53,515 nt of DNA from Candidatus Enterosoma sp. (GTDB taxonomy: Bacteria; Bacillota_I; Bacilli_A; RFN20; CAG-288). The DNA lies in assembly GCA_050874925.1 (NCBI GenBank), contig JBNMLQ010000001.1:1-53515 (forward strand), in the 5' to 3' direction. This document shows positions 38,250 through 46,995 of the stretch, in pieces. The notes beneath the pieces are model-generated. The model made no database searches. It saw only the letters and a list, made by a program, of their open reading frames with translations, and was not told where the DNA came from. A program made the translations under genes and the position numbers. Numbering within the stretch: the stretch's first letter is position 1; the number at the start of each line of letters is the position of its first letter.

Positions 38250-38705
38250 ATGGAATACACAATCGGAGAAATCAGCCAGCTTACCAATCTGCCAATCTCA
38301 ACCTTACGTTATTACGAGAAGGAAGGAATCCTCATCAATGTCGAAAGAAAGAGTGGCATCCGTTATTACAACAAGGAAAACATCGATGCCATACGCCTCG
38401 TCGAATGTCTGAAGAAGTCAGGCCTTCAACTCAACGAAATCGTCCATTTCATGGAACTCTGCAAACAGGGAGACTCAACCATCCATGAAAGATATGAGCT
38501 CTTTGTCAAGGCCGAGGAAAGAATCAGAAACCAGATACGGGAATTGGAGAAGAGCCTCGATCTGATCCAGTTCAAGAAATGGTACTATGGAACTGCCATG
38601 CAAGACGGAAAAATCGACAGGGAGAAGCTCACCGATATAGGCAATATGCCAGAAGAAATCAAAAATGCCTATCTTTCTTCCCATCCGGATGCAAAAAAAG
38701 ACTGA
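38250..38705 (+). CDS. MerR-family transcriptional regulator
   Basis: 151 aa. YTIGEISQLTNLPISTLRYYEKEGIL. Confidence 0.85.
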   Translation: MEYTIGEISQLTNLPISTLRYYEKEGILINVERKSGIRYYNKENIDAIRLVECLKKSGLQLNEIVHFMELCKQGDSTIHERYELFVKAEERIRNQIRELEKSLDLIQFKKWYYGTAMQDGKIDREKLTDIGNMPEEIKNAYLSSHPDAKKD

Positions 38706-38832
38706 ATTTCCATCAGGTTTGAAAAAGGCCATCCTTTAAGCAATGCACCCTGCTTTGCATCACAGCAGCGAGAACTTTTGTAAGCCTGATGATTTTGCTA
38801 GGAAAACCCCTTTCAAAGGCGTAAAATAAAGG

Positions 38833-38846
38833 TGTTGTATACAACA
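38833..38846. promoter_or_regulatory. Perfect 14-bp palindrome immediately upstream of the bioY SD
   Basis: TGTTGTA|TACAACA, ending 14 nt before the bioY ATG. Confidence 0.3.
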
Positions 38847-38860
38847 AAGGACCCATTCAA

Positions 38861-39427
38861 ATGAATACCACAAGAAATATTGCCTTCATCGCCTTGTTCA
38901 CTGCCTTGTTATGTGTGCTTGCTCCGCTTGCCATTCCGATCGGACCTGTCCCGATAACACTGGCAACCTTGGCTGTCTATATCATCGGTGCTCTTCTTGA
39001 CGTCAAGAGAGCGCCCATCTGTGTCGTCCTATATATATTGATAGGTATGATGGGTGTTCCTGTCTTCTCCAGCTTCCAGGCCGGACTTGCTCCGCTTGCC
39101 GGACCGACTGCAGGATTCATCTATGGATACATCGTCGGAATCATCGCCGAATCCCTTCTCATCACATGGAAGAAAGACAAATTCTGGATTTATCCTCTCG
39201 GCATGATTCTTGCGACATTCTTCATCTACGCCTTCGGCCTTGCCTGGTACCTCATCTATTGCAATGTCAGCGGAAATCCGAAAGCCTTCGCTGCCGCCTT
39301 GATGGCCTGCGTCGTCCCCTTCCTTCCGGGAGATGCATGCAAGATTGTCTGTGGAACCCTCGTAACCTTCAAACTCAGGAAGCCGCTTGACAAGGCCTTG
39401 TCCATTCCCACAAGACATACCGCTTAA
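38861..39427 (+). CDS. bioY: Biotin transporter S-component BioY
   Basis: 188 aa. IALFTALLCVLAPLAIPIGPVPITLATLAVYIIGALLD is typical of BioY. Confidence 0.85.
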   Translation: MNTTRNIAFIALFTALLCVLAPLAIPIGPVPITLATLAVYIIGALLDVKRAPICVVLYILIGMMGVPVFSSFQAGLAPLAGPTAGFIYGYIVGIIAESLLITWKKDKFWIYPLGMILATFFIYAFGLAWYLIYCNVSGNPKAFAAALMACVVPFLPGDACKIVCGTLVTFKLRKPLDKALSIPTRHTA

Positions 39428-39450
39428 ACAGGGTTTCGGCCCTGTTTTTT
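39427..39450 (+). terminator. Intrinsic terminator
   Basis: AACAGGG / CCCTGTT stem followed by a T-run. Confidence 0.7.
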
Positions 39451-39611
39451 CTTCCCCTGTCATCTATTGTCATGTTCTTTACCAATCGTGCATTTATTTT
39501 ACGCAATCTATCATTTGTACAAGACAATTTAAGCGCTTTTAAAGCACGATTTTTGTCGTTTCTACGTTTTCTATATCAATTGAAGGGTGGTTTTGCGATA
39601 ATATACGCCAT

Positions 39612-41177
39612 ATGAACATTTCAAATTTAACCAAGAAGAAAGTCATCATCGTCGGTGCCGGTGTATCCGGCCTGACCGCAGGCATATACTGCCTGGACAA
39701 TGGCTTTGATGTCGAAATCTATGAGAAGCACTCCATTCCCGGAGGAGAATGCACCGGTTGGATGAGACAGGGTCAGTACATCGACGGATGTGCCCACTGG
39801 ATCGTCGGAACCAATCCTACAAGCGAGCTCTATCCTCTCTGGCAGCACATCGGCCTTTTTGATGACGGTGCCAAGACCTTCAAGACGGAATATATCACCA
39901 AATACATGCTCGACGATGGCAGAATCTTCACCTTCTACAGCGATTTGAAGAAACTTGAGCAGGAGATGCTTTTCTTCTTCCCTGAAGACCGAAGGAACAT
40001 CAGGAATTTCATCTCCACCGTCAAGGCATACCATTCCATCTCCGTTCCCTGCAAGAAGCCTTTGGATTACATGAATCCATTCGAATTCACGCTCTTCGGA
40101 CTCAGGATGCTTCCTGCCGCCTACCCCTTCCTCCACTACAAGCATGTCTCCGTCGAAGAATATGTCAGCACCTTCCACAACAAGGAGCTCGGGGAGATCA
40201 TCACCCGCTTCATGGAGCCGAACTACAACATCCATTCCTTCTTCTACGTCTGTGCCGCTGTCAGCAAGGACAATGCCGGCATGGTCGAAGGCGGTTCCCT
40301 CGAACTGATGAAGAAGGTTGCCAGGAAGTTCACCAGGATGGGCGGAAAACTCTTCCTCAATGCTCCTGTAAAAAAGATTCTCATCAAGAGGGACAATGCC
40401 CAGGGAATCATCCTGGAAAACGGAAAGGAAATCCAGGCTGACTATGTCATCGCTGCCTGCGATGCCTATCATACCTTGAACGTCCTTCTGGAAGGCAAAT
40501 ATAAGGATGAAAGCTTTGAATCCCAATTCCGTGATGCCAAGGCCAATCCGATCAACACTTCCATCATGATCGCCTTCAAGACCAAGCGCAACATGAACAA
40601 TTTCCCGAAGATGATGGATTACAAGATCGATCCGATCGATGTCTTTGGAAAGAGAACCAACCATTTCGGCATCCGCAACTTTGCCTTCGACAAATCCTTG
40701 GCTTCCTTCCATGACGATACCCTCCTCACCGTCCTTCTTCCGGCTAACGAGGAAGTCTATGACTACCTTTCTTCCTTACCTAAGGATGAATACCATAGAC
40801 AGAAGACGGCTCTTGGTAACACCTTCTTACAGCTCATGAAGGAAAAGCTCAATCTCAAGGATGGTGAAATCCAGCTTCTCGATGTCACGACCCCGCTTAC
40901 CTATGAGCGCTATACCAACGCCTATAAGGGTTCCTATATGTCCTTCATCACGACCAAGTTCACCAAGGGACTGATGAGACCGGGCCTCATCAAGGGACTT
41001 CGTTCCTTTGTCATCGCAGGCCAGTGGATCATGCCACCGGGTGGTCTTCCCATCGCCCTCATATCCGGCAAGCATGCCTGTCAGAGGCTATGCCGTATCG
41101 ACGGAAGGAAATTCGTCAACAAGGAAGAAAGACCTCTTCCAAGAAAGCTTCCCGTCAAAAAACCACAGACTATCTAA
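39612..41177 (+). CDS. NAD(P)/FAD-dependent oxidoreductase (phytoene-desaturase/amine-oxidase superfamily)
   Basis: 521 aa. Dinucleotide-binding KVIIVGAGVSGLTAGIYCLDNGFDVEIYEKHSIPGG. Confidence 0.75.
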   Translation: MNISNLTKKKVIIVGAGVSGLTAGIYCLDNGFDVEIYEKHSIPGGECTGWMRQGQYIDGCAHWIVGTNPTSELYPLWQHIGLFDDGAKTFKTEYITKYMLDDGRIFTFYSDLKKLEQEMLFFFPEDRRNIRNFISTVKAYHSISVPCKKPLDYMNPFEFTLFGLRMLPAAYPFLHYKHVSVEEYVSTFHNKELGEIITRFMEPNYNIHSFFYVCAAVSKDNAGMVEGGSLELMKKVARKFTRMGGKLFLNAPVKKILIKRDNAQGIILENGKEIQADYVIAACDAYHTLNVLLEGKYKDESFESQFRDAKANPINTSIMIAFKTKRNMNNFPKMMDYKIDPIDVFGKRTNHFGIRNFAFDKSLASFHDDTLLTVLLPANEEVYDYLSSLPKDEYHRQKTALGNTFLQLMKEKLNLKDGEIQLLDVTTPLTYERYTNAYKGSYMSFITTKFTKGLMRPGLIKGLRSFVIAGQWIMPPGGLPIALISGKHACQRLCRIDGRKFVNKEERPLPRKLPVKKPQTI

Positions 41178-41200
41178 AGCCGGCTTCTGCCGGCTTTTTC
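41177..41200 (+). terminator. Intrinsic terminator
   Basis: AAGCCGGC-TTCT-GCCGGCTT followed by a T-run, directly after the stop. Confidence 0.75.
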
Positions 41201-41209
41201 TGTTCCATC

Positions 41210-41252
41210 AAAAATGCCAGTTCCTTAACAAAGATAGGAGCTGGCATTTTTT
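41210..41252. terminator. Second, bidirectional hairpin terminator (serves the metal ABC operon on the minus strand)
   Basis: ATGCCAGTTCC / GGAGCTGGCAT (11 bp, one wobble pair), flanked by A5 and T6. Confidence 0.65.
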
Positions 41253-41255
41253 GTT

Positions 41256-42068
41256 TCATTTATGACGATGTTTCCTTATCAGACTCTTGATCTTCATATA
41301 GCCCATGGAAAGAAGAAGGAGTAAGACAGAGAAAGAGACGATGGTGGCACCAGGCTTCAGATCAGCATAGTAGGCGATGGTAAGGCCAAGAAGCATGGAA
41401 AGAAGAGAAGCGACAAGAGATATGATCAAAGTCACCTTATATCCTTTTTTGAACTGAAGGGCGATGGCGGTAGGAAGGACGACCAGGCTTGAGACGACAA
41501 GGGAGCCGACGACCTTGCTTCCGATGGCGATACAGATGGAAAGAAGGAGATCTGAGAAGAAGGTGAGCATTCCGACGTTGATGGAAGACACCCTGCTTTC
41601 GTTTTCGCTGTACAGGGTTGCAAAGATCTGGGGATAGAAGACAAAGGAGAAAATGATGGATATGACAAAGAGGACAAGGGTGATGATGAATTCCGTATCG
41701 GATATCAGAAGGATGCTTCCGAAGAGATAGGAATCGAAATTGCTGGCCTTGGTGAAGCTTGAAAGGATGCCAGCAATGCCGATGGAGGCAGACAATACGA
41801 CCGAGACGCCAAGCTCCGAATACTTATTGAACTTTTTTCTCAGCACTTCGATGATGAGGAAGGAGACGACGCAGCATAGGATAGAGATCCAGAGCGGATT
41901 GAGTCCGCTTGCCAGACCGATGGCAACGCCAGCCAAAGATGAATGGGCTAAGGCATCTCCGGAAGAGGATAGTCTCTTATAGACTGCCGAACTTCCCAAA
42001 AGAGGAATCGATACGCCTAGGAAGATACAAACCAAGAAGGCTATCCTCATGAAGCTATAGGTCAACAT
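41256..42068 (-). CDS. Metal (Zn/Mn-type, ABC-3 family) ABC transporter permease
   Basis: ORF track starts at 42098. The ATG at 42068 (MLTYSFMRIAFLV) follows a GGGGG SD and overlaps the ATPase stop. Confidence 0.85.
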   Translation of the reverse strand: MLTYSFMRIAFLVCIFLGVSIPLLGSSAVYKRLSSSGDALAHSSLAGVAIGLASGLNPLWISILCCVVSFLIIEVLRKKFNKYSELGVSVVLSASIGIAGILSSFTKASNFDSYLFGSILLISDTEFIITLVLFVISIIFSFVFYPQIFATLYSENESRVSSINVGMLTFFSDLLLSICIAIGSKVVGSLVVSSLVVLPTAIALQFKKGYKVTLIISLVASLLSMLLGLTIAYYADLKPGATIVSFSVLLLLLSMGYMKIKSLIRKHRHK

Positions 42069-42714
42069 GATGATGCCCCCTTTCAAGTTCCTGCTCATAG
42101 GTCAGGATCTTACCTCCTTCGATGAAGTAGATGAAGTCTGCTTTCTCTAGGTCATGGGGATGATGAGAGACAAAGAGGATTCCGGTCTTTTTCTCATGAA
42201 GCCTGTTGATGATGTCCACAAGTTCATGATGAGCACCTTCATCCATTCCGGCGTCCGGTTCATCCAGGACTAGAAGGGAAGGCTCTGAAATCAAGGCCTT
42301 GGCAATCTTGACCTTCTGCTGCTGTCCTCCGGAGAGCTCGTTGACAAGTCTTCTGCGAAGAGGTGTCAGATGGAAGAGTTCCATCATTTCTTCGACCTTC
42401 TCCTTCCTTCTTCTGAAGTGAAAGTCGATTCCTTTCCCAGCCAGGCCCAAGGAGATGATTTCCTCCACCGTTGCCGGGAAGGAGGAATCACCCAAAGAGG
42501 TGGTCTGTGCGATATAGGATATCTTTCTTTCCTTCCTCTGGATGGTTCCGCTCTTAGGCTTCAACAGACCTAGGCAAAGCCTTAAAAAGGTGGACTTCCC
42601 ACCACCATTGGGTCCGAGGATGCCGACAAACTGCCCATCGTCAAGATGGAAGCTGACATCCTTGAGGATATCTCCATCCTCATAGGAGAAACTGACATGT
42701 TCAAAATCAATCAT
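42055..42714 (-). CDS. Metal ABC transporter ATP-binding protein
   Basis: ORF track starts at a TTG at 42738. The ATG at 42714 (MIDFEHVSF) overlaps the SBP stop (ATGATTGA). Walker A GPNGGGKST, signature LSGGQQQK. Confidence 0.85.
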   Translation of the reverse strand: MIDFEHVSFSYEDGDILKDVSFHLDDGQFVGILGPNGGGKSTFLRLCLGLLKPKSGTIQRKERKISYIAQTTSLGDSSFPATVEEIISLGLAGKGIDFHFRRRKEKVEEMMELFHLTPLRRRLVNELSGGQQQKVKIAKALISEPSLLVLDEPDAGMDEGAHHELVDIINRLHEKKTGILFVSHHPHDLEKADFIYFIEGGKILTYEQELERGHHHVDL

Positions 42715-43576
42715 TGGTTGCCTCGTATATCTTTTCAAGATTCTTTCTCATCAAAGAAAGATAGTCTTCCTTCCCTTCCTCGTCTTTTTCAATCCCTTCC
42801 AGAGTCCTTAGGACATCCATCCTGCATCCGGTCTCCTTGGCTATCAGGGAAGAGACATCATCCGAGGCAAGTTCCTCGTTGAAGATGACCTTCACATCAT
42901 ATTGTCTGACCGTGGCGATGATGTTTTCCAGCGCCTTTGGCGTCGGTTCGTTGTCCGGTGAGATTCCATTGACATAGATCTGCTTTAGATGATAATCCCG
43001 GCAAAGATATCCAAAGGCCGCATGGGAGACAAGGAGATAGGGTTTACTGACAAAGGCGAACTTCGCTTTGTATTCTTCCTGCAAGGAAGAGAATTCACTC
43101 TTTGCCACTTCATAGTTCTTCTCATAATAGGCAGCATTGACGGAATCGATATCCTTCAAAGTCGATAGGATGGTTTCCATCTCCTTCATGGCATTGTCTA
43201 TGGAAAGCCAGATATGGGGATCTATTGTCTTATCGATGGTCATCGTGGTGATTCCCTTATCAAGAAGAACCGTCTTTTCCTTCATCTTGTCTGGAAGGGA
43301 ATCATAGTATCCTTCCAAGGATAGGCCATTGAAGAAGATGGCCTTGGCATCATACATGGCGATGACATCCTTGGCTTTGGGCTCAATCTCATGAGGTTCA
43401 TTGCCGTATGGGGTGAGGCTTCTCACCTCATACTTGTCACCGACGATCCTCTTGACAAGGTCTTGGATTGCAAAGAAAGAGGTGTAGATGACGTTCTTGT
43501 TCTTTTCACTCTGACAGGATGTGACAGAAAGAGACATCGATAGAAGAAGGACGGATATGATAGGTTTCTTTTTCAT
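42707..43576 (-). CDS. Metal ABC transporter substrate-binding lipoprotein (ZnuA/AdcA/MntC-like)
   Basis: ORF track starts at 43636. The ATG at 43576 gives MKKKPIISVLLLSMSLSVTSC (lipobox). Confidence 0.85.
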   Translation of the reverse strand: MKKKPIISVLLLSMSLSVTSCQSEKNKNVIYTSFFAIQDLVKRIVGDKYEVRSLTPYGNEPHEIEPKAKDVIAMYDAKAIFFNGLSLEGYYDSLPDKMKEKTVLLDKGITTMTIDKTIDPHIWLSIDNAMKEMETILSTLKDIDSVNAAYYEKNYEVAKSEFSSLQEEYKAKFAFVSKPYLLVSHAAFGYLCRDYHLKQIYVNGISPDNEPTPKALENIIATVRQYDVKVIFNEELASDDVSSLIAKETGCRMDVLRTLEGIEKDEEGKEDYLSLMRKNLEKIYEATND

Positions 43577-43582
43577 ATATTT

Positions 43583-43603
43583 AAATGCAAATGATTTGCA
43601 TTT
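43583..43603. promoter_or_regulatory. Fur-family (Zur-like) operator
   Basis: Perfect 10-1-10 inverted repeat AAATGCAAAT-G-ATTTGCATTT, 7 nt upstream of the SBP start, in the divergent region shared with the Fur-family gene. Confidence 0.6.
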
Positions 43604-43661
43604 GAGAAATATACACATTTCATCTTGAAACTGCAAGCAAAAAAGTTCAAAATACCCTCAT

Positions 43662-44072
43662 ATGAACGAAAACGCATTTGATAAATATCATCTCAAAAAG
43701 ACAAAGAACCGACAGCGGATTCTTCTAGCCTTACAAGAGATCGACCATCCCTGCAGCGTCGAGGAGCTGTTCTTCCACTTTGAAAAAGGAAGCATCGACC
43801 TGTCCACCATCTATAGGACCATGCAAGCCTTTGAAAAAAGCGGTCTTGTCTTAAAAGAAGTCAATGAGAAGAAGGAGAATGTCTATTCCCTTGTCAAAGA
43901 AGGGGATTCCCACATCCTGGTCTGTCTGAAATGCCATAAGAGGATTCCTTTGGACTTTTGTCCGTTCGAAGAGGTCAACGAAAAGATAGAGAAGGCGACC
44001 GGATTCCATCTCAAGGACCAGAACATCGAGCTCTATGGCATCTGCAAGGAATGTCAGGAGAAAGACAAATGA
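43662..44072 (+). CDS. Fur-family metalloregulator (Zur-like by context)
   Basis: 136 aa. KNRQRILLAL...HPCSVEELF. Two CxxC pairs (CLKC, CKEC). Confidence 0.8.
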   Translation: MNENAFDKYHLKKTKNRQRILLALQEIDHPCSVEELFFHFEKGSIDLSTIYRTMQAFEKSGLVLKEVNEKKENVYSLVKEGDSHILVCLKCHKRIPLDFCPFEEVNEKIEKATGFHLKDQNIELYGICKECQEKDK

Positions 44073-45058
44073 ACCCTCTTACTGCAATTTACCACAATGA
44101 GGTCCCTTCTTTCCTTCTTCCTTTTTTAGAAGCCGGGGAGATGACAAGACTGAAGGATGTCGGCATGCACTGTGGAATGGAATATACGTCTTTTCCTTTC
44201 TATAAGGATCTGAAGGAGTATTCCAGATTCACACACTGCCTGAACACCGCCTTGATAACCTATCACTTCAGCAAAGATATAAGGCAGTCACTTGCCTCTC
44301 TTTTCCATGACATCGCCACACCATGTTTTGCCCATGTCATCGACTTCCTGAAAAAGGATTATGTCCGTCAGGAAGCTACCGAGGAAGAGACGACAAGGAT
44401 CATCGAGGATTCCAAGGAGATTCAGGAAAACCTGAAAGAACTTGGACTCGACACCTTTGATGTACATGATTATCACAGATATCCCATCTGTGACAATGAT
44501 TCTCCCAAGCTTTCCAGTGACAGGCTTGAATATACCATGTCAAACTTATATCACTATGGTTTTGTTTCCTTGGAGGAACTAAAAGAGATCTATCAGGACA
44601 TCAAAGTATCCACAAACGAAGACAAGGAAGAAGAGCTTTGCTTCCAAAGCCTCTCTTTAGCCAAGAAGTTTGCTCTTCTCACCTTGAAGAATTCCCATGT
44701 CTATGTCACTGACGAAGACAGATACGGCATGGAATATCTGAGCAGGGTCCTAAAAAAGACCATCGACAGAAACGTCATCTCCATGAACGATCTCTATCTC
44801 ACGGAGAAAGAATTGATAGATAAGCTGCTACAGGATGAAGAGACGAAGAAAGACTTTCTGTCGTTTAGGAATCTGAGACAGGTCGTAAAAGAAGCATTCC
44901 CGACAAGTCCGTACTCATTCAAGATTCCTTCCAAGAAGAGATACATCGATCCCTATGTCATCAATCAAGGAAGACTATCTCATCGAAATGAGGAAGTCCG
45001 TCTTAAGATAAAAGAGTTCCTTGACGACAGCTTTGATTACTTTGTGAAATGTATCTAG
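44069..45058 (+). CDS. HD-domain phosphohydrolase-like protein
   Basis: ORF track starts at 43958 inside the Fur-family gene. The ATG at 44069 overlaps that gene's stop (ATGA). LFHDIATPCFAHVIDF. Confidence 0.7.
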   Translation: MNPLTAIYHNEVPSFLLPFLEAGEMTRLKDVGMHCGMEYTSFPFYKDLKEYSRFTHCLNTALITYHFSKDIRQSLASLFHDIATPCFAHVIDFLKKDYVRQEATEEETTRIIEDSKEIQENLKELGLDTFDVHDYHRYPICDNDSPKLSSDRLEYTMSNLYHYGFVSLEELKEIYQDIKVSTNEDKEEELCFQSLSLAKKFALLTLKNSHVYVTDEDRYGMEYLSRVLKKTIDRNVISMNDLYLTEKELIDKLLQDEETKKDFLSFRNLRQVVKEAFPTSPYSFKIPSKKRYIDPYVINQGRLSHRNEEVRLKIKEFLDDSFDYFVKCI

Positions 45059-45127
45059 CAGAAAACAATTTCAAGTCATGACAGGAATTGCCATAGAATC
45101 ATATACGAGAAAGAAAGAGGACACACC

Positions 45128-45775
45128 ATGAACAAGAAAGAAAAGATTACTAGAATCCTGTTTACATCCTTGATCATCCTCTGCTGTGCCGGACTGGAGG
45201 TCGTCCTTCACCTCAATGTGGAAAGTCTGAATCTTTATCGCTCCTTGTTCAAGGCAGGAATCGGTATTCTCTCTCTTCTTCTTTCTCTTATCAGCCTATA
45301 TAAATATAAAAACCCATATGGCATCATCCTCTTGATTCTGATGGTTCTCTTCATGTCGGCTGACATCACCATCAACTATAGTTTCATCGCAGGCGGAGGT
45401 ATCTTTGCCTTAGCTCACCTCATCCTTCTTGTCTATTTCCTAAGGCATGACAAGCTAAACAGATATAGCTTCATTGCAGCAGGGATTTCCTTTGTCCTCT
45501 TTCTCTTAGTCATCCTCATCTTTGATAGAAGCAACATCCCTTTGATGGTCATGCTTCTCATCTATGCCTTGCTGATATCCTTTCTCTTCGGTTCTTCCAT
45601 CAAGGAGAAGCCCTTCATCCGTTTTGGCATCCTTGTCTTTGTCATCAGCGATGCCCTTTTGATGGTCAACATCGGTCTTGGAGCAAACATCATCCTTGGG
45701 CATTTTGCAAGGGGCGTATATTATCTTGCCATCATCCTGTTAAGCAACACGCATAGGGAAGAAATCAAAAACTAG
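45128..45775 (+). CDS. YhhN-family (lysoplasmalogenase-like) membrane protein
   Basis: 215 aa, about 7 TM. SADITINYSFIAGGGIFALAHLILLVYF. Confidence 0.6.
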   Translation: MNKKEKITRILFTSLIILCCAGLEVVLHLNVESLNLYRSLFKAGIGILSLLLSLISLYKYKNPYGIILLILMVLFMSADITINYSFIAGGGIFALAHLILLVYFLRHDKLNRYSFIAAGISFVLFLLVILIFDRSNIPLMVMLLIYALLISFLFGSSIKEKPFIRFGILVFVISDALLMVNIGLGANIILGHFARGVYYLAIILLSNTHREEIKN

Positions 45776-46080
45776 TTCCTTAAAGATGTGATAGGAACGA
45801 CATAGACACCGTCTTGCCTGAGATAGGCTGCATTGCTTAAACCACATATCACCATAAGTGAACCCGCTGGCTTTCCTCCTGCCTTTTTTATGTCATCATT
45901 GACCCTCAGAAGGCTCTTGGAAACCTCTTCTATCTGATTGGTACCGAGCTTGATTTCAACTCCGCACCAATTCCCATCCTGAAGTTCAATCACAGCATCC
46001 ATCTCATTGCCTTTATAATCCTGATAGTGGGACAGTTTCCCATGGAAGTCATCCACATAACAGAGAAAATATGATGTCAC
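45772..46080 (-). pseudogene. C-terminal remnant (about 100 codons) of a DUF4143-type AAA ATPase gene
   Basis: Only the tail is present: ...HYQDYKGNEMDAVIELQDGNWCGVEIKLG...DGVYVVPITSLRN. A stop lies 2 codons upstream of the GTG, and there is no P-loop half. Its stop overlaps the yhhN stop in CTAG. Confidence 0.55.
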
Positions 46081-46268
46081 CTGTTCTCAACAATTGAAAG
46101 TTCCTCAATCCGTTTAACCATGATGATGTGACCTGTTATCAAGTGTTTTTTGAAAACGGCAATTCCACAAGAATCAATAACCTGAAGCGCCCATTCCGGA
46201 AAAAAGGCGAAATTCACCTTTTTTCGGAGTGCAATATGGAAATCAAAAGAGACAGACGGAGAATCACA
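46061..46268. repeat. Direct repeat copy A (~208 bp); also a frameshifted internal fragment of an AlbA_2/HATPase_c_4-type gene
   Basis: Aligns base for base with 48721..48927 (about 20 differences by eye, one 1-nt indel). Minus-strand frames read ...IDSCGIAVFKK / GLRNFQLLRTGDIIFSL. Confidence 0.8.
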
Positions 46269-46441
46269 TAGCATTGTTTTCTCAAAGGCGTGCCTCCTCT
46301 ATTTTTATGAAAACTGTATCGTTATTTATAAGTTTCACAACCATTTAACTATACAAATCGTCGGTTGATATACAAATGGATGAAAACGAAGCCGTATTTC
46401 TCACCTGGACCTGGGAATATGCTGATGTATTCATGCTTCGT

Positions 46442-46801
46442 TCAATGGCATTTTACAATGTCGGGCGTCTCGAAAGACTCAGGAAGAAGCAATATTATTC
46501 CGCAATATTTCCCTTTCAATCCCATGTCTATCATGTCGGAGACGATTATGGTGTCCTCCTTATTATAGGCGTATTCCGCCGTGGACCAAAGAAGAGAGTT
46601 CAAGAAGAGCCATTCATTGGCTGATTCGCTCACTTCCACCTCCGGAGAGAACAGCATTATGTATTCGTTGCGGTGGTTCGTCTTCCTATCCCTTTCGATG
46701 TCGCACTCAGACATCAGATAATCGCTTGCCCTTGTGGTGCATAACTTCAAAAGCGGCATATCTTCCGTTGGTTTGAATACAAATGATATTATCGGCTTCA
46801 T
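46442..46801 (-). CDS. Orphan ORF of unknown function downstream of the AlbA_2-type gene
   Basis: ORF track 46442..46828 (TTG start). The first ATG is at 46801. No convincing SD and no recognisable motif. Confidence 0.35.
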   Translation of the reverse strand: MKPIISFVFKPTEDMPLLKLCTTRASDYLMSECDIERDRKTNHRNEYIMLFSPEVEVSESANEWLFLNSLLWSTAEYAYNKEDTIIVSDMIDMGLKGKYCGIILLLPESFETPDIVKCH

Positions 46802-46995
46802 GCTAGTAGGCAAAACGTTCTTCTTCAACTTCAGACTGAAAGCAGGCTTATCATTAAGAACAGCTTTGTAATATTTTCAAGAAGCTTCTGGTGCCTTTTG
46901 CTTTCCATGTCATTATCCAGCATTGTTGGTGCCTTTGCAGGCATTCAATGACATAGGTATACCAGTTTCACGATTTCCAATCAACCTTTTGCAAG

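Noticed and set aside
39627-40712. 361-aa minus-strand ORF
   Set aside because: It is fully antisense to the FAD oxidoreductase, which has a canonical GxGxxG dinucleotide-binding start. It is D/E/G-rich shadow sequence.
45772-45775. Shared CTAG stop overlap of yhhN and the DUF4143 remnant, considered as a regulatory arrangement
   Set aside because: It is most simply a by-product of the truncated gene abutting yhhN, with no evidence of function.
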